Positions 32,589 to 41,447 of a DNA stretch of 64,000 nucleotides are shown one piece after another (position 1 is the first letter of the stretch; each line of letters opens with the position of its first letter). The notes beneath the pieces were generated by a model that saw nothing but the letters and a program-made list of their open reading frames with translations, did no database searches and was not told where the DNA came from. Made by a program: the position numbers and the translations under genes. The DNA is from Phycisphaerales bacterium (GTDB lineage: Bacteria > Planctomycetota > Phycisphaerae > Phycisphaerales > UBA1924): assembly GCA_046156035.1 (NCBI GenBank), contig JBJXEW010000016.1, positions 15,185 through 79,184 of the forward strand, in the 5' to 3' direction.

Positions 32589-33944
32589 TCAGGCCGGGCC
32601 GCCCACAGGGGCCGCGCTGGCACCACCCCCACCACCGAGAATGTCCGCGGCACGGGCCTCGTCGGCCACAACCGCCACGACGGGGGCCTCTCCCGACAGA
32701 ATGCTGCCCACACCCACGCCGGCGGCCTCGTCCTCGCGACGCTTGAGTTCCGCCGCTTCCTTCTCGCGCTGCTGCGTCTCCGCCACCTCGCGGGCCTTGA
32801 TGCCCGCGGCCTCCACGGCCGCCTTGGCGATCGACTCTTCCATCCCCACCTCGTTGATGAGAATGTCGAGGCCCACCTCTTCCACATCGAACACGCTCAC
32901 CATGCCCAGCGCGGCAAGTTTGTCCAGTTGCTCGTCCTTCACACCCGGCACGGCCTTGATGGTCTCGGCCATGATTTCCAGGCCCTTGTTGAACTCGGCG
33001 GGAGTCAGGATGTCCACGTCCCACCCGGTCAGGCGGGCGGCCAAACGCACGTTCTGCCCGCGCTTGCCGATGGCCAGCGAGAGTTGATCGTCGCGCACCA
33101 CCACCGTCGCCCGGCCCAGTTCAAAGCACAGGCTGATCTCGGCCACCTCCGCAGGCTTGAGCGCGTTGCCGATGAGGATCTGGCTGGACTCGTTCCAGCG
33201 CACGATGTCGATCTTCTCGCCGTTGAGTTCGTCAACGATGTTCTTGATCCGACTGCCACGCACGCCCACGCACGCACCCACCGGATCAACCTTGGAATCC
33301 ACGCTGGCGACGGCCACCTTCGTGCGGTAGCCGGCCTCGCGTGCCATGGCCTTGATCTCGATGATCTTCTCGGCCACCTCGGGCACTTCAACATCGAAGA
33401 GACGCTTGATGAAGTCCGGGTGGGCGCGGCTCAGCACGATCTTCACCGCGTTCCCCACGTCGCGCACGTCCAGCACGAAACACCGAACTCGGTCGCCCGG
33501 CTGGAACTGCTCACCGGGAATCTGCTCAGACCGCGGCATGAAGGCCTCCGCCCGGTCGATGTTGATGACCAGCGCCCCGCCCTCATACCGCTGCACCACG
33601 CCCGTCACGATGTCGCCCACGCGCTTCGAGAACTCGCCAAGCAGGCTGCTCCGCTCGTCGTCACGGAAACGCTGGATCATCACCTGCTTGAACGTCTGCG
33701 CGGCGATGCGGCCGAGCGTGGCCGGGGCCAGTTCCAGGGGCTCGCCGTGACGGAAGAGCGTCATGCTGCCGCTCACCTGGTCGAACTCGCAGCGGAACTC
33801 TTCCGTATCAAGTGTGTTGAAGTGCTTGCGCGCGGCGGAGATCATGGCCTGCTCAAGGTCCTTGATCAGCGAACCTTTCTCGATCTTGCGATCGCGTGCG
33901 ATCGAATCGAGGATGCGCATCATTTCGGCGGTGTTCATGCTCAT
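32589..33944 (-). CDS. nusA: transcription termination/antitermination factor NusA
   Basis: ATG 33944 (GGAGCACCCGCC upstream). It has an S1 domain ([20 protein letters not shown]), KH domains ([22 protein letters not shown]; [21 protein letters not shown]) and a C-terminal HhH region. Confidence 0.93.
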   Translation of the reverse strand: MSMNTAEMMRILDSIARDRKIEKGSLIKDLEQAMISAARKHFNTLDTEEFRCEFDQVSGSMTLFRHGEPLELAPATLGRIAAQTFKQVMIQRFRDDERSSLLGEFSKRVGDIVTGVVQRYEGGALVINIDRAEAFMPRSEQIPGEQFQPGDRVRCFVLDVRDVGNAVKIVLSRAHPDFIKRLFDVEVPEVAEKIIEIKAMAREAGYRTKVAVASVDSKVDPVGACVGVRGSRIKNIVDELNGEKIDIVRWNESSQILIGNALKPAEVAEISLCFELGRATVVVRDDQLSLAIGKRGQNVRLAARLTGWDVDILTPAEFNKGLEIMAETIKAVPGVKDEQLDKLAALGMVSVFDVEEVGLDILINEVGMEESIAKAAVEAAGIKAREVAETQQREKEAAELKRREDEAAGVGVGSILSGEAPVVAVVADEARAADILGGGGGASAAPVGGPA

Positions 33945-34380
33945 GGCGGGTGCTCCGGTCGTTCGAGATGTCAGGATTTCGAGTTGACGAGTTGAAGAAT
34001 CAAGGGCCGTAAAACAGCGGACTTGCCTGCCCAAAACGAACAAGGCCACCGGCACATCTGCTCGTGCCCGTGGCCCACTCTCCGACGGTACAGCCGCCGG
34101 AACCGCGTGCCCGCAGGCACACGGAAAGGAACAACCTCCACCCTCCGGTCAGGCCATGAGCATCTCCCTTCGGAGAGCCCGGCCGGGCCGGAAGCGCCGG
34201 GGCCGCGACGCCAAGCGACACGCTGGAGCGTCAGCAACCATGTTCAGCGGCTGAGATGCATGCGGGAGTTCCTTGAAAAAGACCACAAACGCGACAAGAT
34301 GTCCGGCAGGAGTTTAGAAGGGTCGAGGGCGATGTTCCACGGGGGCCTCCGCAGGCCCGGGTCGCTATGCTCGGGGCCTC

Positions 34381-34746
34381 ATGGTGCCACTGGCCTCCGA
34401 TCTGCGTGGACGCGACAAGACCGTGCTGGTCTTGCGGTTGCCCTCGATGGTCACCGATGAGCAGGTCTCGATCATCCGCGAAGAGTTCCTCTCACGCATG
34501 CCGCGCCTGTCGGGGGCGGGCCTGGTGATGGACTTTTCCGCCGTCGAACTCATCAACTCCATCGGCATCACCTGTCTCCTCCAACTTGAGGAGGACTGCC
34601 GACGCCAGAAGGCGACCATGCTCATGTGTCAAGTGCCGGCGGCCATCGCCCAGTTCTTCCGCCAGTTGAAACTGGACCGACGGTTCACGGTCATCAAGGA
34701 CATCGACACCGCGGTGGACTCGATCGAGAGTCAGGCCACGCGCTAG
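34381..34746 (+). CDS. STAS-domain protein (anti-sigma-factor antagonist-like)
   Basis: 121 aa. LVLRLPSMVTDEQVSIIREEF...VMDFSAVELINSIGITCLLQL...LMCQVPAAIAQFFRQLKLDRRFTV fits the SpoIIAA/STAS pattern. Confidence 0.75.
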   Translation: MVPLASDLRGRDKTVLVLRLPSMVTDEQVSIIREEFLSRMPRLSGAGLVMDFSAVELINSIGITCLLQLEEDCRRQKATMLMCQVPAAIAQFFRQLKLDRRFTVIKDIDTAVDSIESQATR

Positions 34747-35765
34747 ACCCGGTCGTTGGGTGTCACGGCCCGGTCCACACGCAGCGCCCGCGCACCCTTG
34801 AACTGCCCGATGTGGGCCAGAAACTTCTTCTCACCCTCCACGCACAGCACCACCGGCTTCGCCAGCGGCTTGTCGGTCGCCACGATGTCGCCCACGGCCA
34901 GGCCGCGCAGATCACTGATCGTCATGGTCGTCTCCGCCAGCAGCCCCGTGATGGTCAGCGGCGCACGGTTGAGCGACCGGGCGATACGTCGCGGCGTGTC
35001 GTCGGCCCGGCCCGCCTTGGCCACGCTGAACCACGACTGGCTCGCGAGGTCCTCCATGATCGGTTCGATCACGTTGTAGGGAATGCACAGGTTCATCGTG
35101 CCGGCCCGGCTCGCCATCTTCAGTTCAAAGCCGATGACCACCACCACCTCGTTGGGGGGCACGATCTGCACCAGTTGCGGGTTGCTCTCAGTGGCGTTGA
35201 TCTCGAACGTGATCTGCTTCACGCTCTCCCACGCCTCGCTCAGGGCCGCAAGCCCGCGGCTCGTCACGTTCGAGATCAGGCGGCTTTCGATCAGCGTCAT
35301 CGGCCTCTGCGGGATGAACAGGTCCTGGTTCGTGCCCCCCAGCAGGCGGTCGATGATCGGGTAGATGATCAGCGGGCTGATCTCCAGGCACATCTGCCCA
35401 TCCAACGGCCGGTTGCTGATGAGATTGAAACTCGTCGGGTTGGGCAGCGCCGCGATGAACTCGCCGTAGGTCATCTGCTCGCAACTGGAGACCTTCACCT
35501 CCACGATCGTGCGCAGGAAGCCCGAGAGAGCCGCACCGAAGTTGCGCGCGAAACTCTCGTGCAGCGTCTGGAGCGCACGCATCTGGTCCTTGCTCACGCG
35601 CTCGGGCCGCTTGAAGTCATACGGACGGATCTCCACCGTCGCAAGGTCACGCCGGTTGCGGCTGAAGATCTCCGTCCCGGAATCCTGCCCCGCAACCGGG
35701 GCCTCCCCCGTCTCCACCGCCGAGAGCAGCGCATCGATCTCGGATTGGTCGAGCACGTCGGCCAT
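34743..35765 (-). CDS. fliM: flagellar motor switch protein FliM
   Basis: 340 aa. The N-terminal CheY-P binding motif is LDQSEIDALL. The middle domain has FESRLIS-like blocks. The C-terminal FliN/SpoA-like domain is TISDLRGLAVGDIVATDKP. Confidence 0.88.
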   Translation of the reverse strand: MADVLDQSEIDALLSAVETGEAPVAGQDSGTEIFSRNRRDLATVEIRPYDFKRPERVSKDQMRALQTLHESFARNFGAALSGFLRTIVEVKVSSCEQMTYGEFIAALPNPTSFNLISNRPLDGQMCLEISPLIIYPIIDRLLGGTNQDLFIPQRPMTLIESRLISNVTSRGLAALSEAWESVKQITFEINATESNPQLVQIVPPNEVVVVIGFELKMASRAGTMNLCIPYNVIEPIMEDLASQSWFSVAKAGRADDTPRRIARSLNRAPLTITGLLAETTMTISDLRGLAVGDIVATDKPLAKPVVLCVEGEKKFLAHIGQFKGARALRVDRAVTPNDRV

Positions 35766-35888
35766 GGTCTGGGCTCACGGAAAACACGCTGCGGACCCGG
35801 CGCACCCAACGCCCGCAGCCGCGCCGAACCTCTGCTGGTATCGGACGTACAGATGCCTGACCTTGAACCACGCGGAGTATCCTCTTTC

Positions 35889-37880
35889 ATGCCCTTTGCC
35901 CGAACCCTCTTTCTCCTGCTCGTCGCCCCGCTCGCGTCGGTCGGGCCCGCGTTGGGTGGGCCTCCGGCAGCGGCTACCCCCGCCGACACCGCCGCCGGGC
36001 TGCCCACCCTGAGCGCACCCGCCATCACGCCCGCACGCGCACGACGCCCGCAGGGCGAAGAGGTGCGCGTCCGGGCGGTCGTGCCGCGTTCACCGGCATA
36101 CGCGGGCGAGCAACTACCCGTCGCCGTCGTCATCGACCACGCCGACGGCTTCCACACCTGGCCGCAGCAGGACGTGCTGCCCCCGGATGTTGCCGAGTTC
36201 GCCATCCGCACCACGATCACGGCCACACCGAGCCCGACGCTCAAAGCCACGGTGCACCAAGTGCAGTACCCACAGCCCCACCCCGCCCCCGTCGCCAGCC
36301 CGACCGGCGAAGGCACGATCCAGGTCCCCAGTTACTCCAACATCGCCGTGGCATTTGTACCGATCACCCTCGCGCCCGACGCGGCCAGCGGAACCCTGAA
36401 ACTCACGGTCAGGTTGCAGGCCTGCACAGACCGGTTCTGCCTCCAGCCGCAGACCATCGTCTTCGATGTGCCCATCGACGTCGTGCCCCTTCCCGCGGCG
36501 GGCGCATCGGCCACGCCACGCACGCCCAACGAGCCGGAGTTGTTCGCGGCCTTCGATCAATCCGCCTTTGCCCGAGCCGCCGCGGGCGGGGCCTCGGGCC
36601 TTGCCAAACCTGTAAAGTTTGAGGTCTTCGGGTGGTCATTCTCCATCAACGCAAGCGGCACGGGCGGGACTGCGGGCCTCCTCCTGCTCGCGGCCCTGGG
36701 TGGGTTGCTGCTGAACTTCACACCCTGCGTTCTACCCATCATCCCCATCAAGATTCTGGGCCTGAGTCAGGCCGCGGGCGACCCTCGCCGCTGCCTGCTC
36801 CTGGGCAGCATGATGTCGCTTGGTGTCGTCCTCTTCTGGCTGTGCATCGGCGCCGCAATCGCCTTCATCTCCGGCTTCAAGACCATCAACACCCTCTTCC
36901 AGAACCCCGCCTTTCCGATCTTCGTCGGGGCCTTCATGCTCGTCATGGGCTCGGGCATGCTGGGCGCCTTCAACTTCCGCCTGCCCAACATCGTCTACAT
37001 GATCGACCCCAGCCGCGAGAGCGTGCCCGGCTCCGTGGGCTTTGGCATCATGACAGCGGTGCTCAGCACCCCGTGCACCGCCCCCTTCATGGGCGCCGCG
37101 GCCGCGTGGGCCGCAACGCAGCCCCCGGCAATCACGCTGGCCACGTTCACCTCGATCGGCATCGGCATGGCCCTGCCGTACCTGCTGCTCTCGGCCAACC
37201 CCGCGTGGGTGAAAAAACTGCCGCGCACAGGTCCGGCCAGCGAACTGCTCAAACAGGTGATGGGCATCCTGATCCTGGCCGTGGCGGCGTTCTTCCTTGG
37301 GCTGGGCATCTCATCGGTTGCTACTCGTCCCCCCCAGCCGCCCACGCTGGTGTACTGGTGGGCGGTGGGCATCATCGCCGCCGCGGGTGGCCTGTGGCTT
37401 GCGTGGCGAACGTGGGCCATCACCCGGTCCGCCCTGCGGCGGCTGACCTTTGCGGTGCTCGGCGTTGGGTTCGCGGTGGCCGCTCTCGGGGCCGCAGCGG
37501 GGCTCTCGAGCCGGGGGCCGATCAACTGGGTGTACTACACGCCCGAACTGCACGCACAGGCGCTGCAAGAGAAGAAGGTCGTGGTCATGGACTTCACCGC
37601 CGACTGGTGCCTGAACTGCAAGGCCCTGGAGGCCGCCGTGCTGCACCGGGCGGAGATTGTGGCCCTCTTGGCCTCCGACGGCGTCGTGCCCGTGAAAGTG
37701 GACCTCACGGCCGACAACGAGCCGGGAAACGCCCTGCTCCGAGAACTCCAATGGGTCGGAATCCCGCTGCTGGCCATCTACGGGCCGGGCCTGAGCGAAC
37801 CGATCAAACTGGACACCTACACCGTGCAAGTGGTGAAAGATGCTGTCGAGAAAGCACGCGCCAAACCACGCGGCGGTTGA
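35889..37880 (+). CDS. dsbD: thiol:disulfide interchange protein DsbD (protein-disulfide reductase)
   Basis: ATG 35889 with signal peptide. The N-domain has QACTDRFCLQP, the CcdA-like membrane core has NFTPCVLPIIP and STPCTAPFMG, and the C-terminal thioredoxin has DWCLNCK. The upstream part of ORF 34626.. is antisense to fliM. Confidence 0.9.
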   Translation: MPFARTLFLLLVAPLASVGPALGGPPAAATPADTAAGLPTLSAPAITPARARRPQGEEVRVRAVVPRSPAYAGEQLPVAVVIDHADGFHTWPQQDVLPPDVAEFAIRTTITATPSPTLKATVHQVQYPQPHPAPVASPTGEGTIQVPSYSNIAVAFVPITLAPDAASGTLKLTVRLQACTDRFCLQPQTIVFDVPIDVVPLPAAGASATPRTPNEPELFAAFDQSAFARAAAGGASGLAKPVKFEVFGWSFSINASGTGGTAGLLLLAALGGLLLNFTPCVLPIIPIKILGLSQAAGDPRRCLLLGSMMSLGVVLFWLCIGAAIAFISGFKTINTLFQNPAFPIFVGAFMLVMGSGMLGAFNFRLPNIVYMIDPSRESVPGSVGFGIMTAVLSTPCTAPFMGAAAAWAATQPPAITLATFTSIGIGMALPYLLLSANPAWVKKLPRTGPASELLKQVMGILILAVAAFFLGLGISSVATRPPQPPTLVYWWAVGIIAAAGGLWLAWRTWAITRSALRRLTFAVLGVGFAVAALGAAAGLSSRGPINWVYYTPELHAQALQEKKVVVMDFTADWCLNCKALEAAVLHRAEIVALLASDGVVPVKVDLTADNEPGNALLRELQWVGIPLLAIYGPGLSEPIKLDTYTVQVVKDAVEKARAKPRGG

Positions 37881-37905
37881 CTGTTCCCCCTTGGAGGTCT
37901 AGGTT
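37877..37905 (+). promoter_or_regulatory. candidate sigma70-type promoter for tRNA-Gly
   Basis: TTGACT (37877-82), 17-nt spacer, TAGGTT (37900-05), ~43 nt upstream of the tRNA 5' end. Same layout as upstream of tRNA-Asp. Confidence 0.45.
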
Positions 37906-37947
37906 TTTGGCCCCGTTGGCGGCCCACGCCCTCCGGGGTGACAAGTT

Positions 37948-38019
37948 GCGGGCGTAGCTCAGTGGTAGAGCATCACGTTGCCAACGTGAGGGTCGAGGGT
38001 TCAAGTCCCTTCGCCCGCT
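37948..38019 (+). tRNA. tRNA-Gly (anticodon GCC)
   Basis: Hand-folded cloverleaf. Acceptor GCGGGCG/CGCCCGC, D stem GCTC/GAGC, anticodon stem TCACG/CGTGA with loop TTGCCAA, T arm GAGGG-TTCAAGT-CCCTT. No encoded CCA. Confidence 0.92.
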
Positions 38020-38025
38020 TTGAGT

Positions 38026-38062
38026 GAGCCGGCGGGCCTTCCCGCCGGCTCTGCTTGTTTTT
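38026..38062 (+). terminator. Rho-independent terminator after tRNA-Gly
   Basis: GAGCCGGCGGG-cctt-CCCGCCGGCTC (11-bp stem) followed by TGCTTGTTTTT. Confidence 0.8.
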
Positions 38063-38174
38063 GCACAAGGACAGCGTGCGGCGTGCGCGTTCGCACACAC
38101 GGTGCCGCGTTTGTTTCCTCGGGCGCAACGCGTTAGCATGGCCGCTGTTCGCACGCTCTGCCCGCGGAGGACGG

Positions 38175-41100
38175 TTGCCACGCCCACGCCCCCGAATATC
38201 GCCAACCCTCGTGCTCGCCGTCGCCGCCGGCGGCTTGGTCGCCACATGGCCTGCCCTTGCGCAGCAGCAGGCCTCCACCTCGGCACGCACGCCCGCGGAT
38301 GCCGGGGCCCGAGTCTCCGGGCGAGACTTCGGCGGCATCCGCATCGGCGCGACGGAGCAGACGGGCCCGATCCTGTTCGCCGCGTCTCGTGCAGCCGTGT
38401 GGACGGAGGAGCCCCCGATGGGGCCCGAGGTGGGCACCACGATCGGCGGCCCGGTGCAACGCCTGGTGCTGCGGGGCGATGTGCGGGCCACGCTCGGGGT
38501 CTACGAGTTCAGCGCCGCGCGAGCGGTCGTGTGGATCGAGCGGCTGGAGCCGAGCCCCGCGGACCCGAAGGTGTTCCTGCACCAGGTCGCCGTCTACTTT
38601 GATCGCGTCGGCGATCCAACGGGTGCGCCCGGGTCGGGCCAGTCGGGCGATCGTCTCCTCGTCACGGGCCTCGTGCTGGGTGACGTGAAACTCACCGCCG
38701 ACACACTCGCACGCGGCAGGCCCACAGGCGGCACGCCCGCGGCCGATGCCGAATCCGCATTCCTGAATGAAGGCGAGCGACGGCTCGCCAGATTGGTGGA
38801 AGACCTGCTCGCACCGGAGGGGGCCGCCGCGGAACCTCCGAGCGGGCCCCCGCCCCTCACGCCGGGTTCGGGCGTGATCGTGCCCGCACCGGGCACGGGC
38901 CCCGTGCTCCCGGGCCAGAGCCGCCCCTTCGAGCCCAACTCGCTGCTTGGGCAGGAAGCCGCGCGAGGCCGCACGCAGGAGCGACAGCCCCGCGTAGAAC
39001 TCTCGCCCACGCGCACCGACCCGTTGTTCACCCGCGAGGGGCTCGTCACGTTCGCCGCGGGCGAACCCACGCTCGTCGCTGGCGGGGAGCAGGGCGGCGA
39101 GAACGCCATTCTCATCACCGGCGGCGTGATCGTGCAATACACCGATGCCCGCCGCGACCGCACCCTCCAGATTTCCGCCGAGCGGGCCGTGGCCTTTCTT
39201 GAGGGCGGACCCATCGCCGATCTGCTGCGCGCACCGGCCGACAAGGTGCGCGGCATCTATCTCGAGGGCGAGGTCGTCGCCACCGACGGCACCTACACGC
39301 TCCGCGGGCCCCAGGTGTACTACGACCTGCAGGCCAACCGCGCCATCGTGGTGGACGCGGTCTTCTGGACCTACGACCAGCGCAAGAGCATGCCGCTCTA
39401 CGTGCGCGCCAAGACCCTCATGCAGACCGCGGCCAACCAGGTGCGCGGCGAGGGGGTCACGCTCGCCAACTCCAGTTTCTTCACGCCCCACCTCTCGCTG
39501 GGCGCCAAAACGCTGACGGTGACTCGCCAGCAGAGCGCCGACGGCGGAGGAGCCGTGAGCAGCACCTACGTCCAGGGCGAGGACCTTACGCTCCGCGCCG
39601 GAACGCTCCCCTTCTTCTACTTCCCCAGTTTCGAGGGCAACCTCGAGAACTTCCCGCTGCGAGACCTGCGCGTGGAGAACTCCTCCACCTCGGGCGCGGC
39701 CATCAAGACCAGTTTCGACGTCTTCGGCCTCCTGGGGATCACGCCGCCCGCCAACACCCGCGCCGACCTGCTCATCGACGGCTACACCAAGCGCGGCATC
39801 GGCATCGGCACCGTCGGCACCTACGCCCTGCCGGACCTGCGCGGCGATTTTCTGGCCTACATCGTCCCCGACGACAAGGGCACCGACCAACTCACCACCG
39901 GCGTCGAACGCGAGAAGTTCGGCGAGACCCGCGGGGCATTCGTGGCCGACGGCGTGCTGAGCCTCAGTGATCACTGGATGCTCTTCCTCGAAGGCTCCTA
40001 CATCTCCGACACGAACTTCATCGACGCGTACTACGAACCGCTGGCCGAGACACGCCGGGAGTTCACCAACGCCGCGGACCTGCGCTACCGCTCCGGCAAC
40101 CAGGCCTTCGGCGTGCTCGCCAAGGGGTCGCTGAACGAGTTCACACCCAACGAGTACCTCCTGCAGAGCCAGGGCTACACCGTTGACAAAATGCCCGAGG
40201 TGAGTTTCATCAGCATCGCCGATGATCTCTTTGCCGGCTGGGCACCCGGGCTCGTGAGTTGGAGCAGCGAGTATCGCCTCAGCCGCATGGAGTTCAGCCT
40301 CGAAGACCGCACACCCTTCGACGTGGGCCTGGAGAGCAACGCCCTGGCCCAGAGCGTCTTCGGCCTCAACGCGGGCGACAACATCGGCCGTGAGTTGCTC
40401 AACGATGGCTACGTCGACGAGAGCGTTCACCGCTTCGACACGCGTCAGGAACTCTCCAGCACCTTCACCCTGGGTCCCGTCACCATCACGCCGTTTGTCG
40501 TCGCGCGAGCCACGGCCTACGACAACGACTTCCAGCAGTTCCGGGCCGCCACCGACCCCGCCAACGACGACCAACTCCGCCTCTGGTATGCGGGCGGCGT
40601 CACCGCCTCCACGAGCATCCAGCACGTGGACAACAACGTGGAGAACCGATTCTTCGACCTCCACCGCGCGCGCCACATCTTCGAGCCCTCGATCACCGCC
40701 TGGTCCGCGGGCACCAACATCAAGCAGAGCCTGCTCCCCGTCTACGACGAGGCCGTCGAGAGCCTCGCCGAAGGTTCCGCCGCCCGCTTCAGTTTCGCCA
40801 ACACCTTCCAGACGCAGCGCGGCGGCGAGGGCCGCTGGCGCACCGTCGATTTCCTCAGGATCGACCCCTCGCTCCAGTTCGCCACCAGCGACACCGACCG
40901 CGAGTCGCCCCTCAAACGCTTCTTCGACTACCGCCCGGAATACTCGCAACTCGGCGACGCCTTCAACCTCGACGTGGCCTGGCAGACCACCGACGCCGCG
41001 GCGATCACGTTCAGCCAGATCTACGACCTCGATGTCCACCAAGCGCAGCGCACCAGCACCGGCCTGGTCTTCGATCATTCCGCCGACTTCCGCAGTTTCG

Positions 41101-41447
41101 TGGAGATGCACTATCTGCACCCGCGCGAGTCCACCTTCGTCTCCTTCGGCGGTCAGTACCGACTGACGCGGAAGTACACGGTGGAGGTGGGCGCAACCTA
41201 CGACGTGGACGCGACGGACTTCCAGGAACTCTCCACGCGCCTCACCCGTGAGTTCCCCTCGTTCGTCGTTGCCGTCAAACTCCGCTACAACAGCCTCACC
41301 GACGAGGTCAGCCTGGGCTTCATCCTCTCCCCTCAGGTCCGAGACACACGCCGCGACCAACTCCGCCGCCTCGGACGCGACCAGATCAGCGACACGCCCG
41401 CCGATGGCTCGGGCTCCGGAGGAGCCGACGGGGGCTTCTTCCCATGA
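38175..41447 (+). CDS. LptD/OstA-family outer-membrane LPS-assembly protein (putative)
   Basis: ~1090 aa. A likely TTG start at 38175 gives (M)PRPRPRISPTLVLAVAAGGLVATWPALA/QQ as signal peptide. OstA-like N-terminal repeats are RLVLRGDVRATLGVYEFSAARAVVWIE and ILITGGVIVQYTD...ISAERAVAFLE. A long beta-rich C-terminal region ends ...SLGFILSPQ. Start codon uncertain (ORF opens at 38055). Confidence 0.6.
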   Translation: MPRPRPRISPTLVLAVAAGGLVATWPALAQQQASTSARTPADAGARVSGRDFGGIRIGATEQTGPILFAASRAAVWTEEPPMGPEVGTTIGGPVQRLVLRGDVRATLGVYEFSAARAVVWIERLEPSPADPKVFLHQVAVYFDRVGDPTGAPGSGQSGDRLLVTGLVLGDVKLTADTLARGRPTGGTPAADAESAFLNEGERRLARLVEDLLAPEGAAAEPPSGPPPLTPGSGVIVPAPGTGPVLPGQSRPFEPNSLLGQEAARGRTQERQPRVELSPTRTDPLFTREGLVTFAAGEPTLVAGGEQGGENAILITGGVIVQYTDARRDRTLQISAERAVAFLEGGPIADLLRAPADKVRGIYLEGEVVATDGTYTLRGPQVYYDLQANRAIVVDAVFWTYDQRKSMPLYVRAKTLMQTAANQVRGEGVTLANSSFFTPHLSLGAKTLTVTRQQSADGGGAVSSTYVQGEDLTLRAGTLPFFYFPSFEGNLENFPLRDLRVENSSTSGAAIKTSFDVFGLLGITPPANTRADLLIDGYTKRGIGIGTVGTYALPDLRGDFLAYIVPDDKGTDQLTTGVEREKFGETRGAFVADGVLSLSDHWMLFLEGSYISDTNFIDAYYEPLAETRREFTNAADLRYRSGNQAFGVLAKGSLNEFTPNEYLLQSQGYTVDKMPEVSFISIADDLFAGWAPGLVSWSSEYRLSRMEFSLEDRTPFDVGLESNALAQSVFGLNAGDNIGRELLNDGYVDESVHRFDTRQELSSTFTLGPVTITPFVVARATAYDNDFQQFRAATDPANDDQLRLWYAGGVTASTSIQHVDNNVENRFFDLHRARHIFEPSITAWSAGTNIKQSLLPVYDEAVESLAEGSAARFSFANTFQTQRGGEGRWRTVDFLRIDPSLQFATSDTDRESPLKRFFDYRPEYSQLGDAFNLDVAWQTTDAAAITFSQIYDLDVHQAQRTSTGLVFDHSADFRSFVEMHYLHPRESTFVSFGGQYRLTRKYTVEVGATYDVDATDFQELSTRLTREFPSFVVAVKLRYNSLTDEVSLGFILSPQVRDTRRDQLRRLGRDQISDTPADGSGSGGADGGFFP

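Noticed and set aside
32474-32887. 138-codon N-terminal extension of the infB ORF (and a similar extension of dsbD at 34626-35888)
   Set aside because: The extensions overlap the 3' end of nusA and the antisense of fliM, respectively, and lack family features. Internal starts with RBS reproduce the canonical N-termini.
30786-33995. 1069-aa plus-strand ORF spanning infB and nusA
   Set aside because: It is antisense to two universally conserved genes with clear motifs, and the shadow ORF has no recognisable domain.
34020-34260. SRP RNA, RNase P RNA or tmRNA in the gap upstream of nusA
   Set aside because: I looked for the SRP helix-8 core (GGUCAGGUCCGGAAGGAAGCAGCC-like), the RNase P GAGGAAAGUCCGGGC motif, and a tmRNA tRNA-like end on both strands. 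Only fragmentary resemblance (GGTCAGGCC ... CCGGAAGCGCC) was found, with wrong spacing.
38133-41360. 1075-aa minus-strand ORF
   Set aside because: It is antisense to the LptD-like gene. The plus-strand product has a signal peptide and OstA-like repeats, whereas the minus-strand product is Gly/Arg/Glu/Ala low-complexity.
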